From Ophelia neglecta (taxonomy: Eukaryota): DNA of 64,000 nucleotides. The position numbers and the translations under genes were made by a program. Under the pieces are notes generated by a model, which saw nothing but the letters and a program-made list of their open reading frames with translations, had not been told where the DNA came from and did not search any database. The stretch covers positions 92,132,001 through 92,196,000 of the forward strand of contig OZ260664.1 in assembly GCA_965285935.1 (NCBI GenBank). Reading direction: 5' to 3'. Below, piece by piece: positions 1-11,100 of this stretch. Each line of letters starts with the position of its first letter. Position 1 is the stretch's first letter.

Positions 1-3000
1 TACATTTTATGCCGGCAGGTCTTACCAGCTCTCTGTCAACACTTTGTAGTCCCTAGATGAGAAGGTTTTTTAGTTGGATTGTATCTACTTCTGTAGATAC
101 CCAAGACACTGGGCTGGTAGCAGTCAGAACATCGTTTATGTTACCCGGTACTTTTCTATTGTAAAACCTTTGTCTTAAGTCGCCATTACTAGACAATAAA
201 CAATATCCGGGTGAGAAACGTGTTGAATGCGAAAGGAACTTTCTAGAAAGCATGTTGGTTTTATATACCTCCTCGACAATATGAATAATGATAGATTTTA
301 CATGGCAACATGAGTGGCGGTATTGCTGACAAAGTATTTTTATTTAGAGACACAAAAGCACCATGTGGACCATTAATTGTCTTTTAGTTGGGTATGTTTT
401 ATGTTGGTGTCAGAATTGTGCTTATTTGTGTTAACATGAGGTAATGGTATCAGTTACATAATAATCAGCTTTATTGTGTAATAACATTTTAACTCTGTGG
501 ATCAGAGATCTTAACTTCAATTAAAATGCATAAATACAATATCATAACAATTTAAATGGCCAATAAATAGGTAATAAAGGCTTTTGAGACCCTCTACTCT
601 TAATAATCGCTACCAAACTCGAGATGTACTACATGTTTTATCAAAAATCTCAAGCATTGAATGAAATGTTGTGCCAGACCCTTTCAAACATATTTTTAAA
701 GTTATTAACAATATTAGAACGGTTTCTACCGACAATTTATTGACCATGTTTTATTTAACGAATCCGGTACAATCTATGTGATTACACTGTATTAGTAGTT
801 ACTCAATGAGGCCAATACTCAACACTGCTAATATATTACTACTTATCTTGGTTCATACACTATTGAGGTAAAAGGGACAATTATTCCAGAAAGTGCTTGT
901 GGCACGTTTGGCAGCGCTACTTTCACGTTGCTTTACTTCTGGAGGCACACGCCTTCAGCGGGTGATGTTCTATATGTGTCTATGGTGGATCAGTAGTAAC
1001 GTGTCTTTCGGTTCTGAACAGAAAGTGATTAATAGTGACCATATCACAATTTCGCTAACCAGGGAAATGTTGCCACTGTTCTCTCCGTTAATATATTTAT
1101 TTTAAAAAATAAATGATGATGTTATAATAATTCAAATGAATGCGCCATGTGTGTTTTAGAAATTCACAGGTACCCTTATTCACAAAGTAATTTGAAGCAA
1201 TACATCTGCTGCTCAAAGATTGCTTCCAATGCTGTACCAACAAAAAGTAGTAAATTATAGTTGATAGCACCAGGCGTCAAATCTTTAATCATCGTCACCC
1301 TGCTCTGCAGAGAGAAGATTTCTTTCCGACGTGTTTTGTACGGGGCGGTAGGTAGGTGTGAGGTATGGCGCAAATCCTTGCATTGCTTCGGTGTTGGTAA
1401 AAACTATTCATTTGTGCTATCTTTAATCCTTTAATGTTCAAAAGTTGAAATTAAAAACCCTAGGCTTTTTCTTTTAGTTTAAGGCAAAGGGTGTGGAAAT
1501 CCTATTCCACCCCGCTATATCACACCCCAAGGAGGAATGTGTTGCCGCACAATATTTCTGTTCTTGAAGGCGCAGGTTAATATGCTTGTCAGGGATATTT
1601 TTGTGCTGAAGTAGCTATGGCAGATTATTGATCACTTCAAAGTTCACTAAACGGACATGTTTGTGACATAAGAGGCCTATTTTCGTAATTCAATATGGCC
1701 ACCATTTTTGTTGGAATTGACTCATATTAGTGGTTACAGCTACAATTTCGATGATAAAATGTGATAAAGTACTCAAATGGATGAGGGCCATGGCAGATTG
1801 TTTATATCAGAATAATAAATTGACATTAGTTAACTGATAGTCCATTTGTGAGATTCAATTGTGTCCTTATATTCGACCACATAAAGCCACTGTTTAGTCT
1901 GAACCTAGTTCCTAGGGTTACGTATGATTCAATCAGCATTCAGGATTAAAAGAGAAAAAGTCAGATGTCATCGGAGTCTGATGAGGAAGCTGGTTTTATT
2001 TATCGCCAACAATGAAATCAAATGTTTCATATATCAATAAAATGAACCATCCATTTGTATTATGACAGTATATATGGAAAATACAATGGCATATCAGTCC
2101 CAAATGAGCGGAATAAAATGTTTCAAACCCCCTGTAGTACTTTGCTGTGAAGGGGTTTATACTGCGAATCCTTCAAAAACAACAGATATTATTCAGTTAT
2201 ATTATTCAGTTATGTATTAACTTTTGCTTAATTGGTCCGACGAATTTGCTGATAGAACCACCCTATTGTTATAACTGTTATACCTGCTTGAATATATTTT
2301 TCTGTACGAAAGGTCCGTCTAACCAGGATTGGACACCCGGTAGTCAACCTAAAGTTTTTAATTATGAATAGTCCATTGAGTGTCTGTGGACAACAGGATC
2401 AATATGTTGTCGAGACACTCCATCCTCAGTTCCATAAGTAAATACAGGCTGTAAAGCCGGATAATTATTTCCAAAAACTGTTATCACTCGCAGTGAGAAG
2501 TAGTCTTTTACAATTTAGCCAGAATGCCAAAACCAACAAGTTCTCAACTCAGGACGAAGAGAAAACATGGCATAGGGTGGAGAGTCTAATGTGGCCTAAG
2601 GTCTCTTACAAACGAATTAGTCATTTAAGGAGATTCTTCTGACTTTCCAAATATCAGCTACCCATGCATTCCTCGCCAACATCATTCTCATACTTCAGCA
2701 TACGTAAATTATATATATAATTAAAGCGTTTACAAGAGCACATATATTTTGGTCTGATTTTAAAAGGGGACTGGCAGCCCTGTACAAATTGCTTACCTGA
2801 CTCATGCATGGTTATGAGCTCTGTATACAACAAATTTTATTAACGAAGTTAAACGATAAATATTTCGCCAGTTTATCTAAATATTACAAATGTCTTGTGG
2901 GCTAGTGCTCCTATAAAGGATTCCATTTCAGCTAACACATATACAATATCTATCTTTTTGGAGACACTCATCTGCAGTTTGGCATTATAATTAATCCTAT

Positions 3001-3598
3001 TTCATATACTCTAGGCATTAGTCCTATATTGACCACACTTATTTCAAACCACTAAACGGAAGCTTCAAACTTTGCGGCGTGACTCAAACACTCGACAACT
3101 GCTGACTTTTTCTCAGTGGTGCAGATATTTTACCTAACCATTTATTCGTTCCAGTTATATTTGGTTACACACTTATTAATAGTTGTGTGACTTGGGATGA
3201 ATGTTAGGTGGGCCTGCAGTTGATTTTTCGCAAATGTGAATAAAAGCATACAGCGAATAAGTCAAAATGAACAATAATAGGCCAAAGATATATATGGCAC
3301 ACCGTGCTGTGTATTTTATGTACATATTATTGGGGAATCTATTTGGAAATGACCCATTTATCCACATTTGTTTCAGTCCTATTAGTAAAAACAATCATAT
3401 GAGAAAAGAGACAATACTTTGAGGTAAGAAGTATGAAGTAAAATTACCTCTACAATTTTTATATTTAAGGTATGAAGTACAAATATGATACAATTCCAAG
3501 CAATATGGCGGCCATATTGGATTTTTGCAAATGAGAATATCCGTGTTAAAGGCATGGTCATTCGTCTTTTATTCCGTTTCCTTCTGTTTTCATTTTAG

Positions 3599-3746
3599 AA
3601 GCTTCGAATCCTTGATTCCGCTGATGGTTGCCCCGAAAATTGAGCCTTTTGGAAGGATCACCTCTCCTATACAAAGGTCACCACACGCCCATAAATAGTT
3701 TAAAATATCCATAATCCGCTGGTGGCGTGATGATCTGCCATGACAG
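3599..3746 (+). other. Candidate non-coding (5'UTR) exon
   Basis: Long polypyrimidine tract 3560-3596 plus TAG acceptor; CAG|GTAACA donor; stops in all three frames; an upstream GAG|GTAAGA donor at 3423. Confidence 0.35.
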
Positions 3747-4149
3747 GTAACATTTGAACTCACCGCTTATCGTACTTATTCGATATTTTGAATTCTCCGG
3801 CTTGCCCTTGTTGGTTCTGTCCTAAAATAAAACATATGCTCTGTGAATAATGGAAATAAAATATACTATACCTATCCTTTTTTTGTCTTCATATAATGTA
3901 ATGCGAAGTAACTGCTTTAAACACTGCAAACTACCTGGCGATAATGGAAGTTCATTAGTAATGATCTGAAACTTAACAAGTTCACGTCTGCTTTATGTAT
4001 GAATCCGATCCTTTCTTTCACAATCTATTGAAACAATGACTCCACAAACGCCATATGATAAATTGAGTCCATTAAACTGTCAGTCTCTTTTTTCTTGAAA
4101 ATACTTACAATTGATTGGATATAGGCAGTTTTCGTGTAGATGATGTTTT

Positions 4150-4350
4150 AAGAGCGCGGAGTGCCGGGGGCGGTAGGGGGCGGTGGTAGGCCACAGAGAG
4201 CATCAGCCTACCTACCTAGCAAGGCGAAGCGATCGCGGCAAACTCAATCGCAGTACATGTGCCGTTCAGACTGGCAAATAGCCGGCCAACTTTACAGGCT
4301 GCTGTGCGGGAGCCGCCAGTCATTAACGAATCGTGGCGCGGAGTAATAGG
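4150..4350 (+). promoter_or_regulatory. GC/CpG-rich putative proximal promoter or 5' leader of the GPCR, with two GC boxes
   Basis: Local GC/CpG enrichment in an AT-rich background; GGGGGCGG at 4166-4173 and 4176-4183, ~620 bp upstream of the ATG. Confidence 0.4.
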
Positions 4351-4702
4351 ATCCACGTGGGGCAATTGACATCACTAAGGAGAAGAAGAAGAAGCTAGAA
4401 AAAACACATGAAAGCCCGCCAACGTAATTGCAAAATAAGATGCAATCATTATACACATAAAGCACAGAAATAGACGGATATTCGGAGTATGACCGCACTT
4501 GTATGTTGTATTGAGTGTTTGGGCCGTAATTATAGGTAGAAGGTACAGGTGAGGGGCGTGCAAGAGTTACAGGACAGGTGAGACTAACATGCCTTGCAAT
4601 GTACTACCTGTCTGTGGTTTTCTCCCGTTGGCTGCCCACCTGGCTGCATCGGTAATATAGGATACAGTGTTTTTGCCTCGCCTATTTGTGAAGTTTAATA
4701 CC

Positions 4703-4756
4703 ATGAACTGCGGAGTGTGCTTGGATTACATCGGCAGTGGCAGCCAGCTAGCCTAG
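4703..4756 (+). other. Upstream ORF (17 aa, MNCGVCLDYIGSGSQLA*) in the putative GPCR 5' leader
   Basis: ACCATGA (A at -3), TAG at 4754-4756, ending 37 nt before the main ATG. Whether it lies in the mature mRNA is not shown. Confidence 0.5.
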
Positions 4757-4793
4757 CTTGGTTCACGCATCTATCAACACTTTTAAAGAGGCC

Positions 4794-5106
4794 ATGGATG
4801 CAAGTAATAATCCTGAACATGCTATAGAGGGGTTGCGGCATATTAACAACAGTAACCTATCAATGGATATATCATTAAATTCAACTTTTGATGAGTACGA
4901 GGAATTGCTTATTAATCTCGGACCCCGTTATCGCAGTTTCTCCGAGACTGTCGTCTTGACTGTGTTCTACTGCGCCATCTTTCTCACCGGTGTCGTTGGC
5001 AACGTCAGCACTTGTATCGTCATCATCAAGAACGGGTACATGCACACCGCCACAAACTACTACCTCTTCTCACTGGCGGTGTCTGACCTACTGACACTCA
5101 TACTAG
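4794..5106 (+). CDS. GPCR coding exon 1 (N-terminus, TM1, TM2)
   Basis: ATG in perfect Kozak GCCATGG at 4794; N-glycosylation sequons NNS, NLS, NST; donor G|GTAAGT at 5106/5107. Confidence 0.92.
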
Positions 5107-8100
5107 GTAAGTCATCATCACCTCGAGTATATAATAAAGATTAAAAGCCGCCTTGCTATGGAGCAAGGCAAATAATTGTCCAATGATGGTTGCTGTTGAA
5201 ATCGATTGATGGCAGTGACGAAAAACATTTAACATAAATACCTAGGGCTTTCTGCAACCACTAACCAAACGCATCGTCCGTTAATGGGGGGGGGGGGGGG
5301 GTCCTCATGTGCTATGGGGCAAGTATTGAATAGTTTTTATCACAAGGCAGTATGACTTGCTTTCCCTACACAATGCCAATGACAATAATACCGATATACT
5401 GTGTGAGCAAGGCCCACCTTGCGGAGAGAAATCGCACACTTTGATTAAATACAGCGCTAGGCTTCAAATGAATGAAAGTTGGAAGTAACCATACCAAATA
5501 ATAATCCAAAACAAACATAACATGAGCGATGATTTACTGGGACTTTAAAGTTTCAAATTAAGCTGAATTACTACTATTTGCATATCAAAAATCTGAGTCG
5601 AAGAGAGGCTCTAGTTAAAAAATTGTGAAGAAAATAAATACAAATTATTATTAGCATTTCAGTCAGCTACACTGAATCCTTGTATTGGACTCATAGGGCA
5701 TAGGGGAGCGGACTAATGTATCTTTAAACAAGATGTCATCTATAACTAAAATAGCCTTCCCCTTGGACTGATTTTATGTGACTTTCTTGACTGCCAATTT
5801 TGCCATATCTCCTTTTTTTGGCTATTGATTAAACGCGGAGGTGCGGAGGCTATGCGGAGACGGAGGTCATGAGTATTTCTGAGTGGCATGAAGCAAATAA
5901 TCGTCAGCAAGGACAGGGTTAGGACGGAGGGTTAATTTTAGGGTTAGGGGAAAGGTTAGGGACAGGTTTGATAGGTCTAGTGCTCTGTTCTAATTTCGGG
6001 ATTTACCTCCGCAAGGCTCCGCGCCTCCGCTTTTAATCAAAAGCCCCTTTTTTTCATATAAATTCAGTTGATGCCCATGATTTAAACGCTCGACACTGTA
6101 GAAAGTATTTCACTTACGAATCCTCACTCAAAGAGTCATGGCGCTTAATAAGAGTTAAGGGTGTTTTTTTCCTTGGCGTAGGATAAAATATGATTCTCCA
6201 TAGGATTAACAAATAATTCTCCTAAATATTCTCCATTTACCCCCAAAGTCAGTGAATTACTCTGTCAGTAGGTACAACACTGAAGGAACGTATACCAACT
6301 GGGAGATATCAGCAACATTCAAGTATATAGCACGTAGACTGTACACCGTTTGAGCAGACGTGACGATATCGTTCAGCGGCCGTAGACCATGTAATTAAAG
6401 CATAGCGTCAGACCAAGTAACTTTCAAGACCAATTAATTTAGGCGATTTCCATATTGGTCAAAATGAGAAAATTCAAAGCTCATTTCAGTGATTCTTTCA
6501 ATTGAGAAGCACATTCTGGGTAGCACGTTGTGCCAAAAGCTATCGTCTCCAACCAATCAATGCATTATTGCCTGGACCTCCCAGCTACAAAGACTTTTAG
6601 CGCCCGGTTGCGAAATAACACCCACCTAATAAAACAAATTACATGGTGCCAGAAAACTCACAAAAAGATGAAATTACGTACTCTCTATTCGAACAAAATC
6701 TGCACTAGATCCTCTCGCGACTGGAATGGCCGAACATTCTTAAGCCCAGAAAAATGTGGCTGCAACTTAGTCTAGAAACTAAAATCTAATTGAAAACATG
6801 CTCACCATATGAGAACTGGTTCAAAGTAGAATATAGTTCAGTCAACCATTGACTTATTTTACTGCGTCCTCAGGCAGACCTTTGGGATTTCCTGAAGCTA
6901 TTAGACAGTCTATAAGATCAAGGTTGGTTTCCACCTGTCGTTAAATTTGAATACGAAGTTGCTGAAACCAAAAACAAATGAAACGCCTCAGATCAAATAG
7001 TTTATGGGCCTATGTTATGTACATAGCTGTATAACTTAGTACTCAAAAACAGCATCGTCCATCAATTCTCTCTTTAAGCTATAGTGTGAGACAGGTATCT
7101 GGTGGTGATTGAAATAATTAATTTATCAATTGACAGTAATTTGTGCTCACTCTCCTAGCCACCAAGCCCTAAAATATATATCATTTTTGTTTGTGATCAT
7201 CAAACACGATTAGCGTCAAGAAATTACATCATTTAACCGAGGCGCAAATTTCGAAGCAAAATTTCACCGACACTAAATCAAAAAAGTATCTTCCTGAATG
7301 TGTACAGTGATGATGGAGGGCCTCATTAAAACATCACGGTTAATTAAGCCCAGACTTGATTATCGGTGATCGTCTGCGCCAATGGCAGCTGCGGCGTTAC
7401 CCTTTCTCCTCAGCAGATAATAACTCTCATACCAGGTTAATCATAATTTTTCTGACAGCCAAAACAATAAACGTGGGAGAGATGGTAAAAACCGATGTTA
7501 TCTCTGTCAGTTAATCGATATAGGAGATGATCGCGAGGTGGATCAAAGGAGTCTGTAAAGTTGGCTTCACTGCATGCTGAGCGCGTGCGTCTTTCCTTTC
7601 AAATCTCCCGCCTTGACTGAGCCCGGTCTTCTTCTCTACACTCACACCCACACTAATTATTTGCAAATTATGCTAATGAGGATCTGCCGGCGATGTTCAA
7701 ACTGATGCAAATGCACATAGGAAAAATCTCAACGCAAAGCGCGTGCTTAGCAAGAATATTATTCATTGGAATGACGTAGATAACCATTTCAAACACTTTG
7801 ATGTTTTAAAACCAGGCCCTATAATGTTAGAATTTGTGCAGCTGTGCAGCTGTCGACCTTTTCAGGTTTAACGCTTTGACACACACTAAGTCCACAGGGA
7901 AAATATTACCTGTTTCATGTTAATGATATGCAGTGGCTAATAGACTATGTATGTATTACATACACAGTGGGAGGGTGTGGAGTTATGGCTATCTATCGCA
8001 TATCTTTAATACGAGACAAGTACTAGAAATGGATCCATTAAAAATGCATGGATTGAATAAACATGTCAACCTAACTGTATCCGGTCACCTTAATCACACC

Positions 8101-11100
8101 ACTTACTATAATCATAAAGCATTTTTCGTCGGCGACAAGGATGTTGAAGCAAACAATTCCGTCACGCATTCAAACTATAGATCTATAGAGCGGAAACGGA
8201 AATCTTATAGCAGTAGTAGTGTAATAAATAAAATGACCTGCATGAACTTATTACATAAGTAGTGTTCAAAATATCATAAAAAATTTCAAAATACACCTTA
8301 TATGCAAAAATCACAACAGGTTATGTTATGTTATCATTGATGCTGTCATTTTGCGTACTCAACAATAAGCCAATACATCCATCCGAAATATAATTGGCCG
8401 ATTCATGACAAAAATCTACCATTAATAGCATTTCATGATTCCGTATCCGTTAAATAAGCAAAAATTATAATTTATTACGGAAGTCATGTCATTACATGTA
8501 GCAAACACGTGCCGGTAATAAGCACTTGATTAATTTTTGACGAGGCGCTGCCTCTTAACTAATCTAATCCACAATCAACTGCGAAAATAATACATTTCCT
8601 CGGTAGTTTCCAATTTTCCGCTGTCATGAAGGTCACGCGTCATCATAATTTGACTTGACGCAGATTGCGCCCTCCCTCGCCCAGCCATACCTCAAAATCA
8701 GACGACACCGGAAGTCAGCAGACCAGTTTCGCCGGACCAATGTTTGCGTTTTGTTCATATACTGGGACATAAACACTTGCCTTGTCGATTTAAACGCCAA
8801 CACCTTTTACAGCTTTTTTAACAGTTTTCTCGCACAATCATCTTTTATTCACTAGGACATAACTTTTCCAAGCACCTGGAGGTAACGTGTTGATATCCGG
8901 GCAGCCGGTCTTAACTGGTATCAGCCGGTTTTTTAGCCTTCGTTCACACTTCTAATGATTATATAGCACAGGCCTCAGTATAGAAACCGTCTGACATAAC
9001 ATTTTTCCGGGCCAATGTACATGACTGACTAATTGATTTAACCATGCAGTCCAGAAGCTTTACTAACCCGCTTTCCAAATGCAAGCCTAAATAGCAACCG
9101 TACATTGGCCAGACACTAACTAGCTCCAACTAGAAATCCGTATAGAGCTACAGTTATACATACTGATAACACAGCTACTCAGGATATATAAAATCAACAA
9201 TAGTTCCCTTATTAGAAACTACTAAAACTGATAGCTAGATTGGATACTCGCATCTAAATTATATCGAACACGGAGCCAAAGGATATTTAATGTGTTCGTT
9301 CACAATCATACACGAATTTAAATTTTAAGTTCTTCCATCGTTCATAAACTACAAGTTGTGTCAAATCTCGTTGTTCGTGTGCAATGTTTGACATAAATCA
9401 TCATTAACTTTATCTTTATCTCAAACGTTGCGACCGTGGATAATCTACTACATGTATACCCAAAATTTAGTGTAATTTAAATGCATAGTGTACCTATGTC
9501 GTACTTATTATTCAAAAAGTATGTTGTCGATTAAGTACCATGGACCTTTACTTTTATAAAGTACTTAGAAAGACCTAGTCTAGGCCTACGCTCACATCCA
9601 AATATATATCCAAGTATATACCGAGGTATTATATTGTAAAATTATGGCCCAGCATGTATTAATTTATTGAACTAATGAAAAGTGAAAATGTCCTTGCATG
9701 CATTATTGTTACTTTTGTCTGTGCAACTCACAGGCAGTCAAGCCTATTGTTGAAATAAACTCTCTCTCTCTCTCTCTCACTGTACTCCAAACCCGCAATC
9801 AGCAATAATCGTAGCCTTCTGGCCCCAAGCCGACAATTCTTATTAATGCTTCCTAGTACCACCCCACCCATTTGAGCCCCGTTCATGCCCCGCCCTCATT
9901 CAAGCATCATCAGAATTGCATTATTTTTCTCACTTTATATTCTTGTTCATATTTGTTCTGTTTCTCATTCATTTTTAACAAACTCTAGTCTGTTATTTGT
10001 ACCTGTGTTTCTTTGGTCCGAGATAGGCGTACTACAACTCGGGGTCCATTCCTTGTACATGTGTTTGTTCTGCCCTGGATAGGCCTACAAAAATAACTAT
10101 TTGTACTTAATTTAAATGGTAAGTCAAAACCCCTGCGAGGTCATAGGAACAATTAAAATCCGGTAATACAATCCACCACATACATTGATAAGTCTCCCTT
10201 CTAAATGACCACCGTACAGGAGTCGATTAATTACTATGCATGGTCGATCCCGTTAATATGAAAGGTATGATCAATTACCGAGAGGGGGGGGGGGAGGGCT
10301 AGGTATATTCTTCTTAATACTTGTATTTATTAAAAATGTAGTAAAGTTAGCTCGTGACAATCGGCAAGGAATGCCGAGAAACATATTGAGCGAAAAATAT
10401 AGGATATTAGTTGTGTCACACTTTCAAACATTTTACTATATACTTTCTGCATGTGCAATCACAAATACGAATCTCTACCCCTATATTCATCTATATGCGT
10501 GTGCGTGCGGGTGGGCCCAATATACCAGGATTTACTTCGTCCAGTTTATTTTCGCGCAGTAATTAACCTGAGTTATGCGGTTAGGCGCGGAATAACTAAT
10601 AGCCCCACTATGTTTATTATATGATGACCTATTAGTATGTGATTGGTAGACTAATTCCTGCTGCTCTGGTATATACAGCTTTTTTCTCCTACCCACAGAC
10701 GTATTTCTTCTTCGTCTGTACGGAGTTTTTAATTTGTTAGTACTAATTATAAAATAAATACCGAATAGTAACTGAATTGCTCTTACCTGTAGGAGTAACC
10801 TCTCCGCTTTTAATTGAATGCGAGTTTGGCTAATTAGAACTTAAGGGTATCTTAACAGTCTCATTACTCAGTTCTAATCCTATAACTGGGCCGCAATTAG
10901 GCCTCTACGGATATACTGAATACGAATCCTAATCTGGCTAATAGAATATTTAAGGATGTTATAACCCAAGAGCAATTCAGTTACTTCAAGTGAGTGTCGG
11001 TCTGCACGTAGTTATCCTAAGATAGGCCTTGGTAGAAGGCTCAAGACTGTAGTGGGTGATACCAAATTAACGAACTCCGAAGCCAGAACGTCTACAGACC

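Noticed and set aside
1689-3521. Inverted ~30-bp match (CAATTCCAA...ATGGYGGCCATATTG) at 1689-1719 and 3491-3521 as TIRs of a 1.8-kb element
   Set aside because: A common dispersed repeat motif; no TSD and the match does not extend.
4758-5144. ORF-track start at TTG 4758 and read-through to 5144
   Set aside because: The ATG at 4794 has a perfect Kozak context; sequence after 5106 is intron (GTAAGT).
5915-5965. Interstitial telomere or chromosome-fusion scar
   Set aside because: The GGTTAG motifs are degenerate and lie inside a TIR/TSD-bounded element.
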